Source: an uncultured Myxococcales bacterium (GTDB taxonomy: Bacteria; Myxococcota_A; UBA9042). Taken from it: a DNA stretch of 64,000 bases. The notes under the pieces were generated by a model, which saw nothing but the letters and a program-made list of their open reading frames with translations, made no database searches and was not told the origin of the DNA. A program made the translations under genes and the position numbers. The DNA lies in the NCBI GenBank assembly GCA_903919145.1, contig CAIXGW010000214.1, positions 4,534 to 68,533 of the forward strand, in the 5' to 3' direction. Positions 21,101 to 30,974 of the stretch are shown piece by piece. How positions within the stretch are numbered: position 1 is the stretch's first letter; the number at the start of each line of letters is the position of its first letter.

Positions 21101-22930
21101 TCAGTCGGCCATGCCGATGATCTTGGCGCCAACGCCGGTAAAGCGAATGCCGATGCTGGCCGAGTCCTTGTCGCCGTCGCCGTCGATGTCGATGTCCAGC
21201 TCCAGCAGCTGCTTGACCAGGTCCAGCGCGTCTTTCTTGTTGAGGCCCACGGCGGCAAAGGTCGACTCGTCGGTGGCGTTGACGATGTCGTAGACGGCTT
21301 GGGCGGGCACGGCGCCCCCCAGCACCCCTTGCATGCCAACCACGGTCTTGCCGTCGGCGCCAAAGACGGCGCTGGCTTCAATGCGCGCGCCCTTGACGTA
21401 GAAAGTCGAGCCAGGCGCTGCGCCCACCAGGTCGGCGTCCATGGCAAACAGGGTGTCCTTGCCGCCGGCCGTCAAGACGCCACCGTTGATCACTGCGTCT
21501 TTGAATGAGAATTTTGGCTTGCACTGCGGTGTCATCGCCGTCTGGCCCACCAGCCACTCGCACACGTCGGTCTGGCCGTTGCACTTGGCCGCCTTGGAGC
21601 TCGGCGCCATCTCTGCGTAGTACATGTTCAGCACAAACGGCTGACCTTCTTTGACATAGCCCAGCAGGTCGACCACAAACGTCATGGTGCCGTCCTGCAC
21701 GCCTGCCACCAGCGCCTTGTTGAGGAAGGGCGCCAGCACCGCGGCGGAATTGTCGATGCCGCCGTCGCAGTTGTTTTGCGGGGCGCAGGTCTTGGCGTCG
21801 CCGTCGATGTTCAGCCCGTCTCCAGGCTTGCCTGCCCCGCCCAGAGAGAACATGGTCAGCTTGGCGCCGGTGCCGGCAAAGCTGTTGGTGCAGATGTCAC
21901 AGGCGCCCGTCTTGTTGCCGATGCAAGAGCCGCCGGTGCAGGTGTCTGGATAAGTACAGGACTCGCCGTCGTCGCAGGGGGCGGTCGAAAGCCCGTGAGA
22001 GCAGCCCTTGCCGGGCTTGCAGGAATCATTGGTGCACGGATTGCCGTCGTCGCAGTTCAGCGGCTTGCCGCCCTTGCAGGCGAGGTCGAGGTTGCACGCC
22101 TCTTCGATGACGCACGGATTGCCGTTGGTGCAGGCGTCGCCGGGCTTTTTGGCCGGATTGCTGCAGCCCTTGGCTTTGTCGCACTGATCGGTGGTGCACG
22201 GATTGCTGTCGGCACAGGCCGTGGGGTCGGTGGGAAAGCCGCAGCCCTTGGCGGCGTCACAGAGGTTGAGGGTGCACGGGTTGGCGTCGTCGCAGACCTT
22301 GGGCTGGGGGCCACCGGTGCAGACGCCAGCTTGGCAGAAGTCGGCTTCGGTGCAGGGATTGGCCTCTGTGCACGGTCCGCCGACTGGGGCGTGCTGGCAG
22401 CCCAGGGCGGGGTCGCAGCTGTCAGCAGTGCAGGCGTTGGCGTCGTCACAACTAATCGAAGCACCTGTGCATTTGCCGGCGGCGCAGCTGTCTTTCTGGG
22501 TGCAGACATTGCTGTCGTCACAGCTGGTGGCCGCCAGGGACCAGCTCACTGGCGAGGCGGCGGGGTCGCACAGCTGGCACGGGTTGGCGGCGGCCGGGCC
22601 AGGTGCCACACAGGCCCCTGCAATCACGCAGACATTGGGCTTGGCGGCAAACAAGCAGCCGCTGACAGAGCTGCAGCTGTCGGTCGTGCAGTCCAGGCCG
22701 TCGCTGCAGACCTTGGGGCTGCCCAGGCATTTTCCCTTGGTGCAGACGTCTTTTTCGGTGCAGCCGTCGCCGTCCTCGCAGGCCGCCCCGGCCGTAGCGC
22801 AGGCGCCGGTGGCTGCCGCTGGCTCTTCTGAGCAGCCCCACAGCAGCAGGGCCAGCACCCATCCCAACCTACCTGCGCTCTGAAAACCCTTGGCCATCTG
22901 CCCATCCTTTGGCGACGCGCGCGCCACCAT
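21101..22930 (-). CDS. Cys-rich lipoprotein with CDDGNPCT repeats and C-terminal non-repeat domain
   Basis: Lipobox LWGC; about a dozen CDD.N.CT.D.C units; C-terminal GDGLNIDGD...GIDN...DIDIDGDGDKDSASIG domain; TGATG overlap with the upstream gene (alternative start 22897). Confidence 0.85.
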   Translation of the reverse strand: MVARASPKDGQMAKGFQSAGRLGWVLALLLWGCSEEPAAATGACATAGAACEDGDGCTEKDVCTKGKCLGSPKVCSDGLDCTTDSCSSVSGCLFAAKPNVCVIAGACVAPGPAAANPCQLCDPAASPVSWSLAATSCDDSNVCTQKDSCAAGKCTGASISCDDANACTADSCDPALGCQHAPVGGPCTEANPCTEADFCQAGVCTGGPQPKVCDDANPCTLNLCDAAKGCGFPTDPTACADSNPCTTDQCDKAKGCSNPAKKPGDACTNGNPCVIEEACNLDLACKGGKPLNCDDGNPCTNDSCKPGKGCSHGLSTAPCDDGESCTYPDTCTGGSCIGNKTGACDICTNSFAGTGAKLTMFSLGGAGKPGDGLNIDGDAKTCAPQNNCDGGIDNSAAVLAPFLNKALVAGVQDGTMTFVVDLLGYVKEGQPFVLNMYYAEMAPSSKAAKCNGQTDVCEWLVGQTAMTPQCKPKFSFKDAVINGGVLTAGGKDTLFAMDADLVGAAPGSTFYVKGARIEASAVFGADGKTVVGMQGVLGGAVPAQAVYDIVNATDESTFAAVGLNKKDALDLVKQLLELDIDIDGDGDKDSASIGIRFTGVGAKIIGMAD

Positions 22931-25680
22931 CAGGTGCCGGCGACCTGGTTAACCTCTTGTTCGACTTCGGTCAGGCGCTGCTGCACGGCGGCCAGCCGCG
23001 GTCCACCGCCGCGCTGGCTCAAGTAGGCCACGTAGGAGCGCAGGCCCGAAGCCAGGCGCACCAGATCGCCCATGTCGCGCAGCATCGACAGGCCCTCTTC
23101 AAAGGACTCTGTGCACTTGCGGTCAATCACGGTGGCGCGGGCACCGCCGTCAGACAGGGCGCGGGTGCCAAGCACGCAGGCGCGCACCACCAGGGCCCTG
23201 GCCACGGCAAGGCGCGCCCCCGAGCCGCGGGCCACCTCTACGGCGCGCTCGCTGTCCAGGTCCGCGGTCTCTAGGGCATTTCTCTCAAGCGAGATCGAGG
23301 CCTGCACCCGGTTCAGCGCGCTGGTCAGCTCGGGGTCGTTGACCTCGCGGGCCAGCTCGGCCGTGGCGGCCATGCCAGTCACTGCGTCTTGCCACTCGCC
23401 CAGGGCAATGAAGGTTTCTGCCCGCAGCAGCAGCACTTCCAGATGGCGGCGCCGATCACCGACATCCTGGGCCAGCTGTGCCGCCTGCTCCCACGCCACA
23501 AAGGCCAGGCGGTACTTGCCTTGCGCCGCGTGGACTTCGCCCAGCACCGCCCGCGCCTCGGCGGCGCCCCAGCGCTCTTGGATCTGGTCGCAAATCTGCA
23601 CTGCCTCCGTCACGGCTTCCAGCGCATCGGCGGTGTGACCGCGGCCCAGGTGGACCCTGGCGATGTTGCACAGAGAGCGGGCGACCACCCGCCGGTCCTG
23701 CGAGCGGCGCCGCAGCGCCAAGGCCTTGAGAAAGTGCTGCAGAGCAGCCTTGTAGGCGTCGGTCTCGCCCAGAACCAGATAGATCATGCCGATTTCGTCG
23801 CTGACATCGGCAATCCAGCGGTGGGCGCCGGCGACCTTGAGGTGCTTCTCTGCCGAGCCCAGGTAGCCCAGGGCCTGCTCATAGCGGCCAGACACGCGCG
23901 CCACCTGGGCAATCCGCAGCTGGACAATGCCGCAGCGCTGGTCGTCGTCCAGGCAGCGGGCCATGTGCATCGCGTCCAGCAGCACCTTCTCTGCCTGGGC
24001 GTGTTGAGACAAGCGCAGCAGGGCCCCGCCGTGGGCGACCCGCAGATCGCAGCCCAAGCCGGCGTCATCGGGGCCGGTGTTGCGCGCACCAGCCTCATAC
24101 AGGGCCATGGCCCGCTGGATCTGGCCCACCGTGCGGGCCGCGTGGCCCCCTTCCAGGTAAGCCTGGGCCGCCTGGTGGTGGCGACCGCCGGCCTCGTAGA
24201 GCTCGCCGACGCGGATGTTGTCGGCTATCGGGTCCTGGCGCGGCCGGCTGACCAGCCACTGCGCCGCCAACCGGCTGAACAGGCTGCGCTTCTCTGAGTC
24301 CATCTCGGAGACCACCGCGGCCGGGTCGGTGGGGTGGACAAAGGCAAACTCCAGCTCGCGGCTGAGCTTGGAATCTTCTACAAAGACAATAACATCCACA
24401 GCCTGGAGCTGCAGCATAGAGGCTTTGAGGGTGCCGCGGTCGCGCTCGGTCAAGCTCTCGCTTGGGTCGCTGCGGGCGCCGCGCAGCACCGACAGCACGC
24501 CGCCAAACCAGCAGGTGGGGCCAAACACCGCTGCCGCGTCGACAACCAAGCGCAGCTCGGCGGGCAGCCTGGCGATCCGATCGGGAAGGCTGGAGCGGCC
24601 TTGGCCACTGGCCGCCAGGGAATTCTGCCACGACGCCGACAAGCCGCGCTCGGTGCGGTGGTGCCAGCGCCACTCGCCGTCGCGCAGGGCGATCTCTCCG
24701 CCAGCGACCAGGCCGGTCAGGCCGTCTAGCAGCTTCTCTGGCGAACCGCCGGCGCGCACCGCCAGCCCCTCGGCCATGTCTTGCGGGGCTCCCTCGACCC
24801 GCCGCAGCAGCTTGCGGGCCAGCGCGGTCAAGGTCGACAGGTCCAGCGGCCCCATGGCCACTGGCAGCACTTCCAGGTGCGAGGGCGGCGCCGCGGCGGC
24901 CTCTACCAGCACCGCCAGCGGCACTCCGCTGACATGGGCCTGCAGCGCCGCCACAAAGGCGCTCAGGGCTTCCGGAGCCACCAGCTGGGCGTCGATCTGC
25001 ACGATCGTCGGTGTCACCCGCGCGCGCTGGCGCAGCAGGGCGGCAATCCACTGGGTGGCCACCTGCAGCGGTGGCTCGGCCTCCAGGCTCAGGTCTTCGC
25101 GATCGGTGCGGGCCAGCCCCAGCAGCCGCGCCGCCACCGCGTAGGCTTCGGCGGCGCGCTCTGGGCCCAACCACTCGGCAAATTGACGCTCTGCCTGCTG
25201 TTGGGCGTCGGGCAGCCGCAGCACCGTGGCCCCGCCCAGCATTTCGACCAGCAGCCGCCCGGCCAGAGAGGCAGGGGCCGCGCTGTCTTGACCGGTAACC
25301 TGCAGCCAGCTCAGCTTGCGAGCGCCGCCAGAGACGACCCGGCGCAATTCGATCAGCAGCCGCGTCTTGCCGTAGCCTTCTGGGCCGTGCAGCCACACCT
25401 GGCGCAGCTGCTTGCTGTTGAGCGCCGCGCGCAGGGCGTTATACACCGCCTCGGTCTCAGTGCGCCGGCCGACAAAAGGCACGTCGCTGCCAAAAACGCT
25501 GGTAATCGCCGGATGCGGTGGCTGGTGGCCCTTGGCGTCGGCAAACGGCCCCGCCTCTGCCACCGCGGACCAGTCTTCGCTGAATTGCGGCAGTGACGCA
25601 GTGATGCGCCCCGGCTGAGGGGGTGGCGGAGCGGCGCCCGGAGGCAACCCCGGAGGCAATGAAGGCGGTTGGTCTGACAT
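22930..25680 (-). CDS. STAND-like AAA ATPase-TPR protein
   Basis: FVGR motif, Walker A GPEGYGKT, GGSP (GxP) motif, FAFVH wHTH-like segment, long TPR array; Pro-rich N-terminus. Confidence 0.8.
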   Translation of the reverse strand: MSDQPPSLPPGLPPGAAPPPPQPGRITASLPQFSEDWSAVAEAGPFADAKGHQPPHPAITSVFGSDVPFVGRRTETEAVYNALRAALNSKQLRQVWLHGPEGYGKTRLLIELRRVVSGGARKLSWLQVTGQDSAAPASLAGRLLVEMLGGATVLRLPDAQQQAERQFAEWLGPERAAEAYAVAARLLGLARTDREDLSLEAEPPLQVATQWIAALLRQRARVTPTIVQIDAQLVAPEALSAFVAALQAHVSGVPLAVLVEAAAAPPSHLEVLPVAMGPLDLSTLTALARKLLRRVEGAPQDMAEGLAVRAGGSPEKLLDGLTGLVAGGEIALRDGEWRWHHRTERGLSASWQNSLAASGQGRSSLPDRIARLPAELRLVVDAAAVFGPTCWFGGVLSVLRGARSDPSESLTERDRGTLKASMLQLQAVDVIVFVEDSKLSRELEFAFVHPTDPAAVVSEMDSEKRSLFSRLAAQWLVSRPRQDPIADNIRVGELYEAGGRHHQAAQAYLEGGHAARTVGQIQRAMALYEAGARNTGPDDAGLGCDLRVAHGGALLRLSQHAQAEKVLLDAMHMARCLDDDQRCGIVQLRIAQVARVSGRYEQALGYLGSAEKHLKVAGAHRWIADVSDEIGMIYLVLGETDAYKAALQHFLKALALRRRSQDRRVVARSLCNIARVHLGRGHTADALEAVTEAVQICDQIQERWGAAEARAVLGEVHAAQGKYRLAFVAWEQAAQLAQDVGDRRRHLEVLLLRAETFIALGEWQDAVTGMAATAELAREVNDPELTSALNRVQASISLERNALETADLDSERAVEVARGSGARLAVARALVVRACVLGTRALSDGGARATVIDRKCTESFEEGLSMLRDMGDLVRLASGLRSYVAYLSQRGGGPRLAAVQQRLTEVEQEVNQVAGT

Positions 25681-25815
25681 GGCCCGCGCTGCCTGGCATG
25701 GCCCCAGGGCGGGGTCAATGATATACAGGAACGGCGCGATCGTCGACCTCTCGACGGCAAGCCGCGCCCGCGCCGGGGCCTTTGGTCCCTACTGCCCAAG
25801 GGAGCCTACACGCCC

Positions 25816-28248
25816 ATGTCCGAAGGTCTGCGCCTGCACCGAATTTTGGATGCCCTGGCTCAGCTGGCCAGTACCGACCGCGGTGCCCAGCTGGCCCTGT
25901 CTCTGCCGCCCGCCGCCACGGCCTTGGAGGCGGAACAGCGCCTGAGCGAAGTCGCCGAAGCCGAGATCCTGTTGCGCAACAGCGCCCTGCCCCAGCTGCC
26001 GCCGCGGCTGCTGCTGGACGACCTGCTGGCTACGGCGCGGCTGGGTGGCGTGCTAGACGGCATCGACCTGGTGCCCTTTGCCCGCCTGACCCGGACGGCC
26101 AAGGACCTGCGCCGCCAGGCGCGCAGCTGGGGCGTCGCCACGCCGCTGCTGCAGGCGCGGGTGATCGCCCTGCCCGAATTGGACTTGCTGGCCTCTGTGC
26201 TGGCCGACGCGCTGAGCGACGAGGGCCACCTGCTGGACAGCGCCAGCGCCGCCCTGGGCCACCTGCGCCAAGAAGTGCTGGCCATTGCCGCGCGCCTGCG
26301 CCGCCGCATCGAGTCGCTGGTCAAAGAGACCGACGCCGCCGGCCTGCTGCAAGACGAGTATTTTACCCTGCGAGACGACCGCTATGTGTTGCCCGTGCGC
26401 GCCGCGGCCAAGCGCACCCTGCCGGGCATCATCCACGGCGCCTCGCAGACCGGCCACACGGTCTACGTAGAGCCCCAGGAGCTGGTCGAGACCAACAACC
26501 AGCTGGCTTTGGCCATGGAAGCGGTGCGCCGCGAAGAACGGCGAATTCTGGCCGAGCTGACCGAGATGTGCGCCGAGCACAGCCAAGAGCTGGCGACCGC
26601 TGCCGACATTGTGGCCGCCCTGGACCTGCGGCTGGCGTCGGCGCGGCTGGCTGAGCGGCTGCACGCCCACCGCCCACAGATCGACCCGGGAGATCGGCTG
26701 GAAGCTCCGTCTTTGCGCCACCCGCTGCTGGTGCTGGACGGGATCGCCGTGGTGCCCTGCCACCTGCGGCTGCAGCCGCCGGCGCGGTGGTTGGTGGTCT
26801 CTGGCCCCAACGGCGGCGGCAAGACTGTGGTGCTGAGCAGCCTGGGCCTGCTGGTAGAGATGGCCCGCCGCGGCCTGTTTGTCTGCGCCAGCGCCGACAC
26901 GACGGTGCCGTGGTTTGACGACGTGCTGGTGGTGATGGGCGACGCCCAGGACATCGAGCGCGGGCTGTCGACCTTTGAGGGCCACCTGCGCCTGGTGTCG
27001 CAGGCGCTGCAGGCGGCGGCGCGGCCCGACCGGCGCACCTTGCTGCTGCTGGACGAACTGGCCACCGGCACCGAGCCGATTGCCGCCGCGGCGCTGGCCA
27101 CCGCGGTGCTGGAGCACGCCGTTGCCGTGGGCGCCAAGACCTGGGGCGCGGTCAGCACCCACTTTGAGGCGCTCAAGCTGCTGCCGCTGCGCGATCAGCG
27201 CTTTGGCAATGCGGCGCTGGAGCTGGACCCGCACACGCTGACGCCCACCTACCGGCTGACGCTGGGCCAGATCGGCACTTCCAATCCGCTGGCGCTGGCG
27301 GCCCGCCTGGGCCTGCCGCAGCCGCTGCTGGACCGGGCGGCCCAGCTGCTGGGCACCGGGGGCAGCCAGGTGGCAGAGATGCTGGCCTCTCTGCAGCAGC
27401 AGCGCCAAGCCTTGGAGCGCGAGCTTGCCGCGGTGCAGCATGAGAAAAACCAGGTGGTCCACGCCCGCACGCTGCTGGAGGATCAGCGCCGCAACGAGCA
27501 GAAGGCGGCCGACCGCCGCATCGAAAAGGCCACCGCAGAGGCCATGGACCAGCTGCGCGCCGTGGGCGCTGAAGTGGCCCGCCTGCGCGACAGCATCGTC
27601 GACGCCGATCGGCGGCGCCTGGAAGAGGCGGCCAAGGTGGTCTCGACGCGGCAGGTAGAAGTCGAAGCCCTGCAGCGCAAGACCCAAGAGAGGCTGCTGG
27701 GCAAAGCCATCCGCCACGAGCTGACCACCGACGCGCTGTTTCCGGGCACCAGCGCCTGGCACCGCGGCCTGGACCGCGCCGTCAAGATCATCGAGCGCAA
27801 AGGCGACCGCATCAAGGTCAACGCCGGCTCTCTGGAGATGTGGTGCCCGGCGGCTGACCTGCAGAGCGTCACCGCCGCCGAAGCGCAGTCGGCCGGGCCA
27901 GTGCGCAAGGCCGACAAGGCTGCGGGCGTCCAGTCGCGCCAGCTGACCGACGCGACCCACGCGCCGCAGACCCTGGAAGAAGGGGGCATGGCCCTGCGCA
28001 CCGCCGATGCCACGGTGGATGTCCGCGGTATGCGCGTCGAAGAGGCCCTGGCCAAGGTCGACCAGCACATCGACCGCGCGGTGCTGTCTGGTAAGGTGGG
28101 CGTGTGCATTGTCCACGGCCTGGGCACCGGGGCGCTGCGCGACGCCGTGCGATCGCACCTCCACCGCCATCCCCACGCAGAGCGCTGGCGCACCGGCGAC
28201 CGGACCGAAGGGGGCGAGGGCGCTACACTGGTGTGGCTGCGCCAGTAG
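25816..28248 (+). CDS. mutS2: MutS2 family ATPase/endonuclease
   Basis: GIIHGASQTGHTVYVEP, RHPLL, Walker A SGPNGGGKT, DELATGTEP, coiled coil, KOW-like segment and Smr domain DVRGMRVEEA...VHGLGTGALR. Confidence 0.95.
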   Translation: MSEGLRLHRILDALAQLASTDRGAQLALSLPPAATALEAEQRLSEVAEAEILLRNSALPQLPPRLLLDDLLATARLGGVLDGIDLVPFARLTRTAKDLRRQARSWGVATPLLQARVIALPELDLLASVLADALSDEGHLLDSASAALGHLRQEVLAIAARLRRRIESLVKETDAAGLLQDEYFTLRDDRYVLPVRAAAKRTLPGIIHGASQTGHTVYVEPQELVETNNQLALAMEAVRREERRILAELTEMCAEHSQELATAADIVAALDLRLASARLAERLHAHRPQIDPGDRLEAPSLRHPLLVLDGIAVVPCHLRLQPPARWLVVSGPNGGGKTVVLSSLGLLVEMARRGLFVCASADTTVPWFDDVLVVMGDAQDIERGLSTFEGHLRLVSQALQAAARPDRRTLLLLDELATGTEPIAAAALATAVLEHAVAVGAKTWGAVSTHFEALKLLPLRDQRFGNAALELDPHTLTPTYRLTLGQIGTSNPLALAARLGLPQPLLDRAAQLLGTGGSQVAEMLASLQQQRQALERELAAVQHEKNQVVHARTLLEDQRRNEQKAADRRIEKATAEAMDQLRAVGAEVARLRDSIVDADRRRLEEAAKVVSTRQVEVEALQRKTQERLLGKAIRHELTTDALFPGTSAWHRGLDRAVKIIERKGDRIKVNAGSLEMWCPAADLQSVTAAEAQSAGPVRKADKAAGVQSRQLTDATHAPQTLEEGGMALRTADATVDVRGMRVEEALAKVDQHIDRAVLSGKVGVCIVHGLGTGALRDAVRSHLHRHPHAERWRTGDRTEGGEGATLVWLRQ

Positions 28249-28263
28249 CTGGGGATTTTGCCG

Positions 28264-29190
28264 TCAGGGCCGAGCAAGACCGTAGAAGCACTGCCCGGTG
28301 GTCCACGGCGTGTCGCTGCCCGGCCAGCGCACCAGACGGGTGTTGACCACCTCGCCGCCGGCATCGCGAATCACCAGCGGGCGCGAGGCATCTACGGCCA
28401 TCCGGCGCACTTTGCCGGCGCGCTGGGCAATGAAGATGGCGTGGCTGCCGCGCACGCGCTCGACGACGCCGACCAGCGTCACCCCGTCATCAGGCTTGCT
28501 GTTGCCGTTCAGATCGGCGGTATCGCGAAAGAACACCAGATCGCCGGGGCGCGCGTCGGCCTGGGCCACTTTGCTGCCGGCGGCGTCCAGCTTCTGCCAC
28601 AGCGAGGCGGCGTAGGGCTGCTTGGCGTCTACGGCAATGTCCTGACCCGCTGCGCGCAGCACGTGGGCCACAAAGGCGCGCTCTTGCAGGCCTGGGGTAC
28701 CCAGCAGGGTCTGGGCTGCCTCGACCCGCTGCACGGCGCGCAGGCGATCGTCGCCCTGGGGCGGCGGCGTGGCCGCGGGAGCCGCTGGAAGCTGGCTTGG
28801 AGGCTGGGATGCCCTGTTTGCCGGCGGTTCTTCAGCGCCCTCGGGAGCAGAGGCCTGCCGGTCAGCGGTAGGAGCAGCCAGCTCCGCCCGCGGCAGCCGC
28901 GGTCCAGGGGCTGTCTGGGGAGCCGTGCGCGCCGACCGCTCTGGAACTATTCGATAAGTAGGGCGAGGGCGCGGCTCTTGATCGCGGCCTGGCTCGGCGT
29001 CGCTGGCAGCGAATTGACGCTCGGCCGGCCACACTGGATCGCCCGGCTCGCGCATCAGGTTGAGGGTAGAGTCTTCCCACGCATAGTCGCGACTCTGCAG
29101 GGTGGGCGCCGCACATCCGCCCAGCGCCCAAGCCATCGCCAGGGCCGCCCGCCCCGCAGGCAGCACGGCCCGGAACTGTGCGGATAGCAT
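28264..29190 (-). CDS. lipoprotein with degenerate NlpC/P60-like domain
   Basis: Lipobox LGGC; Pro-rich linker; ARPGDLVFFRDT.D.NG...DDGVTLVGVVE; start reassigned to MLSAQFRA. Confidence 0.7.
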   Translation of the reverse strand: MLSAQFRAVLPAGRAALAMAWALGGCAAPTLQSRDYAWEDSTLNLMREPGDPVWPAERQFAASDAEPGRDQEPRPRPTYRIVPERSARTAPQTAPGPRLPRAELAAPTADRQASAPEGAEEPPANRASQPPSQLPAAPAATPPPQGDDRLRAVQRVEAAQTLLGTPGLQERAFVAHVLRAAGQDIAVDAKQPYAASLWQKLDAAGSKVAQADARPGDLVFFRDTADLNGNSKPDDGVTLVGVVERVRGSHAIFIAQRAGKVRRMAVDASRPLVIRDAGGEVVNTRLVRWPGSDTPWTTGQCFYGLARP

Positions 29191-29444
29191 GGTAACTTTT
29201 GGCGCCAATCGGACTCCTGCGACCGCCGGGGCACTGCCGCCCTGGCCCCTACAGGATCGGCGCCACTGGGTATCCGTCAAGAAAACCGCAATCCAAGACT
29301 GCAAGAGAGGCCAGCGCAGCTCCTCCCGGCTCGGCGCCCTGCCGTGGTGGGCGTGCGGCCAGATACTGAATCGGCGGGGCCCCTGCCGCGTCCCTGCAGT
29401 GCCGGCGCTGACCCCTGCGCCGCCACCGTCCAAGAGGTTGCACC

Positions 29445-30677
29445 ATGTCAAACTCCGCCAGCCCCAAGGTTCTTGCCTCGTCTTCTTTTGGCGCATCGCT
29501 GCGAAGGGGGTGGCTGCCTGCCGCCGCTGCCCTCGCCATGAGCGGCTGCGTGGTCAGTGAGCCCTCGACCCTGACCGCCACGCCGATTGGCCCCACTGGC
29601 GCCGTGGTCTTGGCGTGGACCGTCGACGGCCAGCCGGCTGCCAGCGGCTGCGCAGCGGTGGGGCTGACCAAGGTCGACGTTCTGGTGCTCAACTCTGCAA
29701 AAACACAGGTGCTGGCCAAAGGCTCGGCGGCGTGCAGCGCCGGCCAGGTAACGGTCAGCGCAGTGCCCACCGTGGCCGGGGGCTGGCTTCAAGTCGATGG
29801 CTACGCGGCCAACGACCCCGCGGGCAGCCCGAGCTGGGGCAACTCGCCGCTGACCGGCCCGCACACGATCACAGCCAACCAGACCGTGCAAGTCGCCGCT
29901 CCGGTCAATTTGGTCAAGCTTAGCGCCGTGGTCCAGCCGTCCGGCAAGGGCAACGTCTACGTCACCTGGACTGTCAAAGGCGAACAACCAGGCACTGGCT
30001 GCACCCAGCGGGCGATCACCAGTGTGACCGTGCGCATCTTGGACGAAGCCCGCGCCGAGATCGCCTCGCAGCAGGCCCCCTGCAGTGCCGGCAACGCTAC
30101 CGTTGCCAACGTGCCAGCGGGCAGCCGCTACGTGCAGATCGACGCCGTGGGCCCAGCAGCTCCGGCGGCGTGGGGCAACATCAACCTGGCAGGGCCCTTG
30201 AAGGTAGAGAATGCCAAGGTCACCAGTGGCGCCAAGCCGATTGACCTGGACCTGCGCAGCGTCATCAGCATGGACTGGGCCATGGCCAACGGCGGCACCT
30301 GCGCGGGCAATGGCGTTGGCATGGTCTATGTAGAGGCGCGCAACGCCGCCAACCAGCTGATCGTGCCCATGAACGACCCGTGGGCGGCCAAGCCGTGCAC
30401 CCTTGGCAGCGCCGACAGCTATGATGCCCGCGTCATTGACATGGGCTTTGCCAAGCCGCAGTGCGCCATCCCCCCGGGCGCCAAGGGCCTGGTGCTGTGC
30501 AACGTGCCCGCCGGTGGCGCTGGCGTGTTCTTGACCGCCACGGCCAGCGGCAGCTCTTTGCCCAAGCTGGGCGGCAGCGTTCAAGTCAAAGGTTTTGAGC
30601 CGGGCAGCCACATCGCGCTGCTGACTCCCGTGCTGCTCTCTGCCTGCTCGGGCGCCAACCCGTGCGTGCAGCCGTAG
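29445..30677 (+). CDS. lipoprotein with three tandem beta-sandwich-like repeats
   Basis: Lipobox MSGC; repeated V..W.V.G...GC...V.V...C.AG...V..VP..Y/WVQ.D units. Confidence 0.75.
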   Translation: MSNSASPKVLASSSFGASLRRGWLPAAAALAMSGCVVSEPSTLTATPIGPTGAVVLAWTVDGQPAASGCAAVGLTKVDVLVLNSAKTQVLAKGSAACSAGQVTVSAVPTVAGGWLQVDGYAANDPAGSPSWGNSPLTGPHTITANQTVQVAAPVNLVKLSAVVQPSGKGNVYVTWTVKGEQPGTGCTQRAITSVTVRILDEARAEIASQQAPCSAGNATVANVPAGSRYVQIDAVGPAAPAAWGNINLAGPLKVENAKVTSGAKPIDLDLRSVISMDWAMANGGTCAGNGVGMVYVEARNAANQLIVPMNDPWAAKPCTLGSADSYDARVIDMGFAKPQCAIPPGAKGLVLCNVPAGGAGVFLTATASGSSLPKLGGSVQVKGFEPGSHIALLTPVLLSACSGANPCVQP

Positions 30678-30751
30678 CGGCGCCGCTGCGCAGGGGCCCT
30701 GGCCAGCCCGGATTCGCCTTGACGGCGCCGGCGAACCCTGGTCAGATCGGC

Positions 30752-30934
30752 GCGCTTGCGGGACCTTCCACGGGGAAGGCAATGGGAAGCCGGTGAGACT
30801 CCGGCGCGGACCCGCCACTGTAAGCAGCCGCCGCGACACCACAAGTCGATGGCAAGGCGCAACTCTCTGGCCACTGGGCGCTGCCCGGGAAGGCCGTTGC
30901 GCCCGCTGCAAGTCAGGAGACCGACCGCAAGCGC
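30752..30934 (+). ncRNA. cobalamin (AdoCbl) riboswitch
   Basis: P1 gcgcttgcgg/ccgcaagcgc; GGGAA-GCCGGTGAGACTCCGGC; CCCGCCACTGTAA; GCCACTG...GGGAAGGC; B12 box AAGTCAGGAGACC; lies upstream of a TonB-dependent receptor. Confidence 0.93.
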
Positions 30935-30974
30935 TTTGTCTGGGCCCCCGAGGACTGGGGCACCGGAGTCGCGG

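Noticed and set aside
25816-28248. MutS2 as part of a novel defence system with the divergent STAND gene
   Set aside because: Canonical housekeeping MutS2 architecture; adjacency alone is not evidence.
30756-30974. Extended N-terminus of the TonB-dependent receptor
   Set aside because: Overlaps the cobalamin riboswitch; a later start gives a normal signal peptide.
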